A DNA stretch of 64,000 bases. Origin: Mobula hypostoma. Lineage: Eukaryota. The stretch's first letter is position 1. The number at the start of each line of letters is the position of its first letter. This document shows positions 52,262-64,000 of this stretch, one piece after another. The stretch covers positions 39,434,001 through 39,498,000 of the forward strand of contig NC_086097.1 in NCBI RefSeq assembly GCF_963921235.1, in the 5' to 3' direction. A program made the position numbers and the translations under genes. The notes beneath the pieces were generated by a model. The model made no database searches. It was not told the DNA's origin and saw only the letters and a program-made list of their open reading frames with translations.

Positions 52262-55200
52262 GTGGTTAACATAGCTCAGAGGATTAACTTTGTTTCTTGG
52301 AATACAAATGGACTAAACCATCCGATTAAAAGGAAAAAGATTTTTAAAGTATTCCACAGAATGAATGCCCATATTATTTTTGCCCAAGAAACTCATGTGA
52401 GGAAAGAGGATAATCAGCTTTTTTTTAAGTTTTGGAAGAACAACAGTATCACTCAAACTCCAAAGCTAAAGTGAGAGGAATTTCAATTTTCATAGATTCT
52501 TCAATTGCATTTGTACATCACAACACCTTCTCTGACCCAAATGGTAGATTCTTGTTAATTACTGGTCTACTTTTTAATAAAAAAGTTGTTATGGTTAATG
52601 TTTATGCCCCGAATGTGGACTACCCTGAATTTTTTAAACAATTATTTACCTCTTTTCCTAATTTAAGTGATTATATGTTGATAATGGGGGGGGGGTGACT
52701 TTAATTGTTGCTTAAGTCCTTCGATGGATAAATCTGTACCAACTCAGGCTCTACCGAATAAGTCGGCTACTCTTATCAATTCATTTTTGATCGATTCTGG
52801 AACCTCCGAGATTTGGAGATTTCTACATCCCAAGGATAAAGAATTTTCTTTCTTTTCACACATACATCATACTTATTCTAGGATTGACTGTTTTTTTATA
52901 GACTCTAGTTTAATTCTATCTGTAATTAAGTGTAACTATGATATCATTGCTATATCTGATCATGCACCATTGAATCTTTCTATTAAGTTATGGGATATAC
53001 CTTTTAATACTAGACAATGGCGTTTTAATTCCAATTTACTTCAAGACTCAGATTTTGTGCAAATTATCAAGGATCAGATTGACTTTTTTTTTAACCAATA
53101 CTTGAAATTTCCAACGGGGTTATATGGGACACTTTTAAAGCTTGTATCCGCGGTCAGATCATTTCTTACTCAGCTGGATTGAAAAAATGCACTAAGAATG
53201 AAATATTGGTGTTGATTGACAAGATTAAAGATATTGATAAACAATATGCCATTGCTCCTAATGAGAAGCTTTACAAACAGAGAGTTGAACTTCAAATGGA
53301 ACATAGTTTACTTTTAACATCATCAATTAGAGATCAATTAATGAAAACAAGAAGTGAGTTTTATATACATAGTGATAAATCTGGTAAATTCAACTAAAAA
53401 CTGCCTCGGTTAAACGTCAAATTAATAAGATTTGTAAACCTAATGATATTTCAACAGTTGATTATGATGAGATTAATAAATCTTTTCATGAATTTTATAC
53501 ATCTTTATATCAGTCAGAATTTCCTCATGATCCCAGGGAGCTGCAAGATTTTTTTAGGAATTTGAACTTTCTGAAATTAACACCCGATGAATGTTTAAAG
53601 TTAGAAACACCTATTACAGATGGTGCTATTTCTTCAACGAATTCTGGTAAATCCCCCGGCCCAGATGGTTATACAGCAGAATTTTTTAAGTTTTTCTCTT
53701 CTATTCTTTCTCCCCAGTTGTGCAGAGTTTTTAGAGATGGAATTATTATAGGTAAACTACCACAATCATTTTATGGAGCTTCCATTTCCTTAATCTTAAA
53801 AAAAATAAGGATCCTACTGAATGTGCATCATATAGACCGATATCTTTATTGAATGTTGATTCCAAAATTTTTTCTAAAATACTAGCATCTAGGTTAGAAT
53901 AGGTATTACCTCAAATTATTTCCGCGGATCAAACTGGATTTATCAAAAATCGCTATTCATCTTTTAATATTAGGAGATTAATAAATATTATTTATACTTC
54001 TTCACTGAGAACTCCAGAGTGTGTTTTTCATTAGATGCTGAGAAAGCTCTTGACAGAGTTGAATGGCCATATTTTATTTACTATGCTTGAGAAGTTTAAT
54101 TTTAGCCCGATATTTATATCCTGGATTAAATTGATATATCTTACTCCCTTACCTTCGGTTTTGACTAACAATCAAATATCTCCCTTTTTTCGGTTATTTC
54201 GTGGTACTAGACAGGGTTGTCCTTTAAGTCCTTTATTATTTGATATTGCTTTAGAACCTTTAGCAATTGCAATTCGAGATTCACCAGACATTTTTGGTAA
54301 TACTCGTGGGAAGGAGATACATAAGTTATCATTATATGCAGATGATTTACTATTATATATTTCTGACCCAGAAAACTCCATTCCTGCAACTTTATCCTTG
54401 TTGGACAAGTTTAGTAAATTTTCTGGTTACAAACTGAATCTTAATAAGAGTGAACTTTTTCCGTTAAATATGACGGTTCCAATTTATAAATATTTACCAT
54501 TTAGATTAGTTACTGATCAATTTACTTATTTCGGAGTTAAAATTACTAAGAAGCACAAGGATTTATTTAGGGTTAATTTTTTACCCTTACTTGATCAGAT
54601 TAAAGGTTTGATAACTAAATGGTCACCGATGTTTTTGTCATTCATTGGTCGGATCAACGCTGTTAAGATGATTATTTTACCTAAGTTTCTGTATTTATTT
54701 CAAGCATTGCCAATTTTTATTCTGAAATCCTTTTTTGATAATGTTGATTCAAAAATTTCCTCATACATATGGCAGAATAAAAATCCTAGATTAGGTAAAA
54801 GACGCTTACAGAATCCCAAAAAGGAGGGTGGCTTAGCATTGCCAAACTTTAGATTCTACTATTGGGCGATTAATATTCGTTATTTAAAATTTTGGACATG
54901 GAATTGGGATACAGTTCCAAGTCCACAATGGGTTAATCTTGAATGTAATTCTGTTTCAGGATTTTCATTGGGTTCTATTTTAGGGACCCCACTTCCTTTT
55001 GACTTTTCTCATCTGGACAAACAAATGGGTAACCCAATAGTTAAATATACTCTTAGAATATGGTTTCAGTTTCAAAAATATTTTGGACTGAATCTATTTA
55101 TTTTAACTAGCCCTATTATATCCTACTTTCCTTTTCAACCTTTTTTTGGATCAAGCGTATCTGGTTTGGAAAACAAAGGGTATAATACGTGTTTCTGATT

Positions 55201-56017
55201 TATTTTCAGATAATTGTTTTATGTCTTTTGAACAATTATCTAATAAATATAATTTACCTCGATCACATTTTTTTTAGATATTTACAGATCAGAAACTTTT
55301 TAAATACTGTCCTTACTACCTTTCCGATTTCATATTCCACTGATATATTGGAAAAAATTTTGGATTTAAACCTTTTTCAGAAAGGTTCAATAGCAATTAT
55401 TGATAATATGATAAGGAAAATAAATCCAGAGGTTTCCAATACAATTAAGAATGACTGGGAAAGGGAACTTAAGCTTACCTTACCTACTGAGAAATGGCAA
55501 AAAATTTTTCAATTAGTTAACTCTTCCTCTATTTGTGCTAAACATGCGTTGATATAGTTTAAAGTTGTACATAGGGCTTATATGTCTAAGGATAAATTAG
55601 CTCATAATTACTCTCATATAAACCCTATATGTGATAGATGTCATTCTGAGATAGCTTCATTAACTCATATGTTTTGGTCTTGCCCTTTATTGAAAAAATA
55701 TTGGGACAATATTTTTGATATTATTTCCACTGTCTTGAACATTGATTTACAACCTCATCCTATTACTGCCATTTTTGGGTTACCAATGATAGAAAAACAT
55801 CATTTGACCTCTTCAGTTTGTCGGATGATTGCTTTCGTTACTTTAATAGCTAGAAGATCTATACTATTGAATTGGAAAGAGATTAATCCTCCTACATTGG
55901 TTTTCTCAAACTATATCTTGTTTAAATCTAGAAAAAATTAGAAATGTCATTTTTGACCCATCTACTAAATTTGATGAGACTTGGAGACCATTTGTTCAAT
56001 ACTTCCACATGATGTAA
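52262..56017 (+). pseudogene. L1 ORF2 (EN-RT-zinc knuckle), disrupted
   Basis: SWNTNGL, AQETH, NVYAPN, SRID, ISDH, SPGPDG, GTRQGCPLSPLLF, LYADD, CDRC...HMFWSC, with multiple frameshifts and stops. Confidence 0.93.
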
Positions 56018-56883
56018 TTTGATCCTTGCCAAATCTATTTTGTGATTTCAATATATGGGGAGAGGAGCGGAAGTGGTGACACTATTGGTTCTATCTGAGG
56101 TATCATAATAGCCCTTTCTTTTCTTTGCTTTCCTTAGTTTTCTTTAGTTTGGGTGGATTAGTTTTTTTTAGGGGATTTTTTCCCCTTCTGTTTTTTTTTA
56201 AATGATATTTTATATTTTATGTATACTCCTTGTATATTTTGTTGCTAATCTGTGTGGTTTTGGGATGTTTCTAACTATGTGTTACCTGACTGTAAACTTC
56301 AATAATTATTATCAATTAATATAATCCCAATTACTATGTACTTACTTTTTGTAATGTGTTTGATGTTGAAACTAATAAAAAGATTGAAAAAGAAAAAGAA
56401 TCAGTTGCACACTGTGCATTGTGGAGACGTGTCTGTCCTTCGTATGATCCACAGGTGTGGATTTCATGACAGTCACTTTGTGAAATTGCTCTTCGTGGAC
56501 TTTGGAACAATATTCCTTGGCTGGGATCTTCGGTTACCATTTCTTCATTCACTAGCCGTGGAATCTTTGGAATTCATCGTGATCGCCTCGTCGCTGCACT
56601 GTGAATCCACAAGTCTCTCCTCTCACCTTTTTTGTGAATTACTGGGACCCTCTGAACTGCCACTTTACGACTGTGCTTGAGTAAGATTTGTTAAGAACGG
56701 GTTCTAAGTTTGACTGTAAGGGAGCTAAAGACGCATAACACTATTAACTTCTGTTTAAGAAAGTTGTTTATTTAATTTTCTATATTTTTGAGTAGGTGTA
56801 AATAAATATAGTGGTTTTAATATTAAAACCTGACTCAATTTGTCATCTCTTGCTGCTGGTACATTACGAAATTGTAACAAAAT

Positions 56884-56897
56884 TGGGGGTTCGTCCG
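56884..56897 (+). promoter_or_regulatory. Primer-binding site, tRNA-Pro-like
   Basis: tgggggttcgtccg, 4 nt after the LTR CA. One mismatch to TGGGGGCTCGTCCG. Confidence 0.75.
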
Positions 56898-56991
56898 CAA
56901 AATGAACAAAATTGGAGCTTAGTGATTGATTGATTATCGATCTCATTGGCTACTACGGTTCTGATTGACTTGTGTGGGGAAACCAGCAGCA

Positions 56992-58200
56992 ATGGATATT
57001 GGGGCATTTCTGGCATCGCCAGACCCTAAGGCATTAGGGGATGCTAGAAAGGACAATTTCTTGGCCATTGCTAAGGAGCTGGGACTTACTGCGGTAAAAC
57101 GGGATATGAAAAAGGTACAGATTCAGAGGATAATAGCTGAGCATTATATTTCTTTGAGGAAGTTTGAAGAGGGGATGTTAGAAAGGTTTCCTGAAAGTAA
57201 ACCCAATGGTCTTGAGCTCCAGTACAAGTTGGAAAAATTAAAGATGGAGGCTGAGGATAGGCAAAGACTGCAATAGCTCGAGTTTGAGTTACGACAAAAA
57301 CAGCTTGAGGCTGAGGAAGCAGAAAAACAGAGGTGGTTTGCAGCTGAGAAAGCAGGAAAACAGAGGGAGGAAGCAGAAAGACAAAGGAGGTTTAAGCTAG
57401 AGAGGGAAAGAGAAAGAGACAAACAAAGGCAGTTTAAGATAGAGATGGAGAGGTTAAGGCTCCAGAGGAAAACTTCTGGCTCTACTGTTTGTGGGCTGTC
57501 AGGAAGTTAAACTGGTCCCTCCATTTGATGAGGCTGAGGTTGATAAATACTTCCAGCTTTTTGAAAGAGTTGCTCAGAGCCTAAAGTGGCTGAAAGAAAG
57601 TTGGCCTTTCTTGTTAAAGAGTGTATTTAACGGTAAGGCTCTGCTGGCTTGTTCTGCTCTATCAATTGAAGATGCAGCTAAGTATGAGATCGTGAAACAG
57701 GCTGTGCTTAAAGCCTATGAACTGGTTCCAGAAGCCTATAGGCAAAGGTTTAGAAATTTGAGGGAATTTGTGAACCAGACTTATGCGGAATTTGCTTATG
57801 AGAAATCTGTGTGTTTTGAAAGATGGTGCACATCTAAAAATGTGGATGGTATTTTTGAGAAACTGAAAGAGTTAATTTTAATCGAAGAATTTAAAAGGTG
57901 TATCCACAATGACATAAAGACGTGTTTGGATGAAAAGGACGCTACCAGTTACAAGAATCTGCTAAATTAGCAGATGAGTTTGCCTTAACCCACAAGTTTA
58001 AGTTTACCCTGAGTAAGACCTTCCAAAAGAGTAGTATGGATAGTCAGGGTAAACCAGAAATCAAATTTGGATCTAGCAAGAAAGGTCAGGATGAAGGGAA
58101 ACAATTAAAGGAGAAGGCCTCTGGTCCTACTTGTCACTATTGTAGGAAACCTGGTCATGTTATGGCTAACTGCTTTCTCTGAAAAAGAAGAAGGAAAAGG
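56992..58200 (+). pseudogene. Gmr1-like gag with SCAN-like capsid region and CCHC knuckle
   Basis: Charged coiled coil, PEAYRQRFRNL...FERW...LKELILIEEF, and CHYCRKPGHVMANC at 58132-58173. Confidence 0.85.
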
Positions 58201-59384
58201 AGACAGTTCCAGATGCCTGTGTTTAAAATGTTGAAACACCTGTGAACCCACGGGGTTCTGAACATTCTGATGAAGCTCTGTCAAAGGCTAAGATGTCTGG
58301 TCAGGTTAGGAGAGAATTCCTTCGTTTTACGTCAGATGAGTTTGTTTCAGTAAAGGAAGGGTCAACCCTGGTACCGGTGAAAATTCTTCGAGATACTGCG
58401 GGTTCTCAGTCACTTATGTTATACAGTGTTCTAAAGTTTGGTGATGAAACTGCCACTGGTGAGGCAAATCTTATTTGAGGTATTGGGTGCGACGTTGTTC
58501 CTGTACCTCTGCACAAGGTAATTTTGAAGTCAGAGTTAGTTTCTGGACTTGTTAAAATAGGACTATGACCCAGTTTACCGGTGCAAAGTATTTCTTTGTT
58601 ATTAGGGAATGACCTAGCAGGTGGTAAAGTTGTTCCTGCCGTGCAGCTGACAACTAAGCCAATCAATGATGATTCAAAGATAGACCCTAATATTTATCCC
58701 CCGTGTGCAGTAAATCGAGCTAGGGCCAAGAAACTTGCCAATGCTGATGGTCCTGTGCAGCATGATTCGGCTACTCATGATAGCCCAAATAGGGAATCAG
58801 ATTTTGATGACTTGTCAGGGACTTTTCTGCCTTCATTGTTTCACCAGGATCCAGGTATTAATTCTGATAATAAAGATTTATCAGTGTCTAGGAGGGAGTT
58901 TGTAGCAGAACAGAGCAGAGACCCTGAGATTGAAGCTTTAAGAGAAAAAGCTCTCTCAGGTGAGGAGATTGATAAAGTGCCAGTAGGGTATTATTTTAAA
59001 GATGGAGTGTTAATGAGGAAGTGGAGATCACCTGATGTTCCTGCAAGTGAGGAATGGGCAATTGTTCACCAGGTTGTAGTTCCTAAAGCCTATAGGAATG
59101 AGATTTTAACTTTGGCCCATAGTAAACCCTTGGGTGGACATCTAGGTGTGAAGAAAACTGTGAACAAAGTATTAAAACAATTCTTCTGGCCTAGTTTAAG
59201 GAAAGTTGTTGCAATATTTTGCAGGACTTGTCACACTTGTCAGGTTGTGGGTAAACCTAATCAGGTCACCCCAGTGGCCCCACTGCAACCTATTCCTGCA
59301 TTTGGTGAACCCTTTTCTAAAGTTATTGTGGATTGTGTTGGCCCATTGCCAAAGACTAAAGCTGGTCATCAGTGTTTGCTAACT

Positions 59385-59698
59385 CTGGGTTCCCCCCCCC
59401 TTGTCTTTCTCCCTGGGCCTCCTGTCCCACGATCCTCTCATATCCCCTTTGCCAATCACCTGTCCAGCTCTTGGCTCCATCCCACCCCCTCCTGTCTTCT
59501 CCTATCATTTTGGATCTCCCCTCCCCCTCCCACTTTCAAATCTCTTACTAACTCTTCCTTCAGTTAGTCCTGACGAAGGGTCTTGGCCTGAAGCGTCGAC
59601 TGTACCTCTTCCTAGAGATGCTGCCTGGCCTGCTGCGTTCACCAGCAACTTTGATGTGTGTTGCTTGAATTTCCAGCATCTGCAGAATTCCTGTTGTT
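59385..59698 (+). mobile_element. Penelope-derived insertion with hammerhead-like motif, inside the integrase
   Basis: Perfect 14-bp TSD agtgtttgctaact. agtc-ctgacga-agggtcttggcct-gaag-cgtc-gact at 59566-59601. Confidence 0.85.
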
Positions 59699-60789
59699 AG
59701 TGTTTGCTAACTTTCATGTGTACAGCATCTAGATTTCCAGAGGCAATACCTCTCAGAAATATAAAAGCCAAAACTATGTCGAAGGCTCTCGTAAAGACTT
59801 TTACTTTATTTGGTTTGCCTAACAAAATTCAGTCTGATCAAGGGAGTAATCTTATGTCAGGATTATTCCAGCAAGTAGTTTACAAACTGGGAGCAAAACA
59901 GATTATGTCGTCTGCGTATCATCCCGAATCCCAAGGGGCCTTAGAGAGATTCCATTCTACCCTCAAAACCATGATTAAGACATTTTATATTGAAAATGAG
60001 AAGGATTGGGATGAAGGAGTTCATTTGTTTTTATTTGCAGTAAGGGAATCAGTACAACAGTCCCTAGGCTTTAGTCCCTTTGAACTTGTGATTGGTCATT
60101 AGGTCCGAGACCTTTGGCATTGTTAAAGGAACAGTGGGTTAACAATGACCTGCATGTTAAATTACTAGATTATGTTTTGAAGTTTAAGGTCAAATTGCAA
60201 AGGGCTTGCAACCTAGCAAAGGAAAATTTAAAATCAGCCCAGGAAAAAATAAAAACTTGGTATGATAAACAAGCCAGAATGAGGTCATTCAAGCCGGGAG
60301 ATAAAGTGCTTGTTTTGTTTCCTGTACAAACTGTCATGATCCGGTCTGTGACGATCGCATTCCGGTTCATTGTCCGGTCCGTGGACTCAGGACTCTGGGT
60401 CTTCCAGCTGCCCCTTGTTTGAGTTAAGCATAGGCACCTGATTTCCATCTTTAGGCTTGCAACATAATTAGCCTTGGGGTTGAGTGTGGGCTGCTGGTTT
60501 GCTTTGTCAAGATCCCTTGGGAGCAACCTGCCGGTGGAAGGCTAGAGTAGCCACTTGCCATCTTTAGGCTGCGTTGGGGAATCATCCCCTCATGGAGCCT
60601 TGCTGTCAGTAGTCGGAGCTGTCTTTGCGGTATGGATTCGGCTGTTTCCCGGGTCAGCTGAGTGGCTGCCAGCCACTCCAAGCCAGGTAGGGATCCGGCT
60701 GTTTCCATAGCCAGCTGAGGTTGCTGGCCAAACTGAGACTCGGAGCTACCCCAAAGCAGAGATGGAACTGTCTGTCGTTCTTTGGTGTT

Positions 60790-61130
60790 TGTCTCTTCTT
60801 GTCCTCGCCTCCGTGGGGTAAGTCAGGCCGTTTTGCTGTTGCCCTGTGGGGAGGTCCTGTCTCGTCTTGTCTTGTCCTTGCCTCCGTGGGGTAAGTCAGG
60901 CTGTTTTGCCGTTGCCCTGCGGGGGGGATCTGTCTTGTCTTGTCCTCGCCTCCGTGCCGTAAGTCAGGCTGTTTTGCCGTTGCCCTGCGGGGGGATCTGT
61001 CTTGTCTTGTCCTCACCTCCATGGGGTAAGTCAGGCTGTTTTGCTGTTGCCCTGTGGGGGGGACATGTCTTGTCTTTGCCTCTGTTGGGTAGTCCGGCCG
61101 TTCTGCCGTTACCCAACAGGTGGACCTGTC
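60790..61130. repeat. Tandem repeat, ~63-73 bp x5
   Basis: cctccgtggggtaagtcaggctgttttgccgttgccctg units starting at 60808, 60881, 60949, 61016, 61079. Confidence 0.9.
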
Positions 61131-61340
61131 CCACCTTGCTGTGGAGAGTTTGAATCCCGGCTTGTCTAAGTATAAGTACCGGCTCTATGTCTATGTACTG
61201 TCCTGTCTCATGTTGGTGTCATGTTAATAATGAGCCCCGGCTTTTCGAAGGACAAGTCCTGGCTCTATGTTGATGTTCAGTTCCCAGTCGGTCTCTCAGC
61301 TCCAGCCTCCGAGTTATCAGCCTCCGTGTTTCAAGACGAA

Positions 61341-61475
61341 GATCCCGCAGCCAAGCTCCAAGAACCCCAGCCTCGAGGATCCCGCAGCCAAGCTCCAAGA
61401 ACCCCAGCCTCGAGGATCCCGCAGCCAAGCTCCAAGAACCCCAGCCTCGAGGATCCTGCAACCAAGCAAGAACCC
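61341..61475. repeat. Tandem repeat, 37 bp x~3.5
   Basis: gatcccgcagccaagctccaagaaccccagcctcgag at 61341, 61378, 61415. Confidence 0.92.
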
Positions 61476-63666
61476 AAGCCTGAAGTCCCAGGCTCCAGAC
61501 TGTAGACCCAAGACCCAGCCTGTCTCCAAGCTCAGGCCTCTAGTCCCCATCCACGTCCTGTCCTGAAGCCATGTCATGTCCTTGCCAGGTTCTGGGTCCT
61601 TGTCCAGTCTCGGGCTCGGAGGCCAAGCCTTGTCTGCTAGTCCATGGTTCCTAGTCCTGATCCCGCTTTCCCTAGCCCAAGTCTGCGTTCTTGTCCCTGC
61701 TCCTTGCCTGTATCCTGTCACGTCCCTACTCCAGTCAAGTCTTGTTCCTTGTACTTCAGTGTCTGTGTCTTGCATTTGGGTCTGTTCCCAGCACCCCACT
61801 GTGACACAAACAAACCCTCTACAAGCTAAGTTTCATGGTCCCTATGAAATTGTGGCTAAAGTTAATAATGTGGACTGTGTAGTCAAAATACCAGATAGAC
61901 GGAGGCCAACGTAGCTTTGTCACGTAAATATGCTTAAGCTGTATCGTGAAAAACAAACTGCAGCTGTGGCGGTTGCTGTAAACAAAGATGGATGTGAGCT
62001 CTCTGGAAATTTATTAGCTGATCCATCTGAGGCCTTTTAAACTGAACATTATTTCAGCCAGATTGACAAATTCAACTATGTTGGAAAATATTGGTGAGAA
62101 ACGGGCTCATTTACAGCCACAGCAGCAGCAGCAGATGAAACGATTAATTATGAAATTTAAGGATTTATTTCCTGATATCCCAAATGAACCACAGTGGCCT
62201 TATATGATGTAGATGTGGGTAATGACAAACCTATAAAACAACATCCATATCGTATAAATATTGAAAAAATGCAAACTTGCTGAACAAGAAATTGAGTATA
62301 TGTTAGAAAATGATGTTATTAGACCTTCTACTTTGGATTGGAGTTCACTTTGTATATCATGGTACCTAAACCAGATGGTAGTATCAGATTCTGCACTGAT
62401 TACCGAAAGGTGAATGTTGTAACAGAAACAGATGCTTATCCATTCCCTAGAGTGGATGATTGTGTAGACAAGGCTGGAAAAGCCAAGTTTCTTTCAAAGA
62501 TTGATCTGTTAAAAGGATATTGGTATGTTCCTTTAACAGATAGAGGTAGAGAAATTTCTGCCTTTGTGACGCCTTCTGGGTTGTATGAATACGATGTTCT
62601 GCCATTTAGAATGAAAAATGCTCCGGGAACATCCCAGAGAATGATTAATTCTGTAATTCAAGGGTTAGAACACACAGACGCCAATATTGATGATTTGGTC
62701 ACGGGTAATGACACCTGGGAAGCCCATATCTCTGCAGTGGAAAAGCTGTTTGAAAGACTCTGAAAAGCCAACATTACAATTAACCTAGCTAAGAATGAAT
62801 TTGGCCATGCCACTGTGACCTATCTTGGTTATGTTGTAGGTTAAGGCAGGTTGGCTCCTGTTCAGGCAAAAGTTCAGGAAATTTATGAGGTTCCCATTCC
62901 AGGTGGGAAAAGGGCTCTTTGTAGATTTCTGGGAATGGCCGAATATTATCGCAAGTTCTGTAAGAACTTTGCTGATATTGTTCTCCCATTGACTAACCTC
63001 CTGAAGAAGGGTGAAAAGTTTGTTTGGACAGAACCTTGTCAGGAGGCATTTGATAAATTGAATGCTATCTTATGTCACCAACTTGTGCTCAGGTCACCTG
63101 ATTTTGCCAAGCCATTCTCCATAGCTGTGGATGCCAGTGATGAAACTGCAGGAGAAGTGTTACTGCAAAGGGATGATTATGATGAAGTTGGCCATCTTGT
63201 AGCTTACTTTTCAAAGAAATTCAATGAGCATCAAAGAAATTATTCCACCATAGAGAAGGAATTATTATCACCTATTTTGGCTTTGCAGCATTTTGAGGTG
63301 TATGTTTGCACAGCTCACAAACAACTTGTGGTTTACCCAGATCATAATCCATTGGTGTTCTTGAGTAAGCTGAAAAACAAACATAGAAGGTTGCTGAATT
63401 GGAGTTTGGTTTTGCAAGAGTATGATCTCATGATAACTCACATTAAAGGCAAAGATAATGTAATTGCCGACTATCTTTCCAGATGTTAAACTTGCAATGT
63501 AATTTTAATAATGGAGTGGAATTTGGTATTTGTATATGCTCCTGCAATATGTTGTATTAATTTGTAGTGTGCTGTATCATAACCGTATATGTATTGTTCC
63601 ACATATTGTAGATTGTAGTTAAAAGTTTGCTCTTACAGATCAAAATTTTATCTTCTTTGGGGGAGG

Positions 63667-64000
63667 TGTTATGTGTCCACAGTTACATTTCCCTGGGAGT
63701 CCATAATTTCGTTTACTGTGGGTGTCATGTGGCCCCAGTTTTGTTTTACTGGGAGTCCATAGTTTCGTTTCTGTAAGTGTTACCTTATGATGTGTGCTGA
63801 TGGTGTAAAAGAAATGTGGGCATTGTGCTGAGAAGGAGTCGAAGGAAAGAGAGAGAGAGTGAAGATCACAGACTTTGAGCTATCCGGCAACAACTCATGA
63901 TCGCGAAGGGTAAAGTCTAATGCTTACCCAAACCCAAAGGATTGGGTTAATCAGCGGCACACTGTGCATTGTGGAGACATGTCTGCCCTTCATATAATCC
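63667..64000 (+). repeat. 3' LTR (partial), preceded by polypurine tract gggggagg
   Basis: Colinear with 50213-50509 and 56413 onward. Confidence 0.92.

Larger units (their letters stand above)
50510..56398 (+). mobile_element. Full-length L1/Tx1-clade LINE inserted in the 5' LTR
   Basis: 14-bp TSD aatcagcggcacac/aatcagttgcacac. The empty site is visible in the 3' LTR (63948-63962). aataaa plus A-rich tail. Confidence 0.95.
60332..61806. mobile_element. Solo LTR-like element with internal tandem repeats
   Basis: tgtca...tgaca, 5-bp TSD caaac. Removing it restores integrase VQ|TNPLQAKFHGPY. Confidence 0.85.
58330..63489 (+). pseudogene. Gmr1-like pol: protease, integrase, RT, RNase H (disrupted, two insertions)
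   Basis: ILRDTAG; H-x6-H...CRTCHTC, VDCVGP, SDQG, YHPESQGALER, GPY; RFCTDYRKVN, IDLLKGY, NIDD; VDAS, YSTIEKE, DHNPL, ADYLSR. Confidence 0.92.
50213..64000 (+). mobile_element. Gmr1-like Ty3/Gypsy LTR retrotransposon (gag-PR-IN-RT-RH), 3' LTR runs off the window
   Basis: 5' LTR 50213-50509 + 56413-56879 (TG...CA), PBS, gag/pol remnants, PPT, 3' LTR from 63667. Confidence 0.92.

Noticed and set aside
60654..61914. Multiple overlapping 80-160 aa ORFs, env-like candidate
   Set aside because: They arise from stop-poor GC-rich tandem repeats inside a TSD-bounded LTR insert; no envelope features seen.

Overview
Eukaryotic, repeat-dominated genomic DNA. The repeat complement (CR1, Rex1/Babar, RTE, L1/Tx1, V-SINE-like, Penelope-derived, Tc1, Tigger, hAT) points to a vertebrate, probably a cartilaginous fish; that assignment is inference. 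One intact host gene is supported: a 4-coding-exon F-box/leucine-rich-repeat gene on + (437..13509, 442 aa) whose splice phases all join in frame. The rest is a heavily nested mobile-element landscape, and many insertion boundaries can be resolved from target-site duplications (TSDs). Highlights: (1) a near-complete Gmr1-like Ty3/Gypsy retrotransposon with integrase placed before RT and a SCAN-like gag, carrying a full-length L1 in its 5' LTR; (2) short Penelope-derived insertions with minimal hammerhead-ribozyme motifs; (3) a Tigger copy inserted inverted into a sibling copy, forming a ~3.2 kb palindrome; (4) reciprocal capture between hAT and Tigger families; (5) twin-priming 5' inversions in both an L1 and an RTE; (6) a 1.6 kb minisatellite that grew out of a SINE tail. 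Family names come from motif recognition by eye, not database searches, and I cannot establish that any of these is truly novel.
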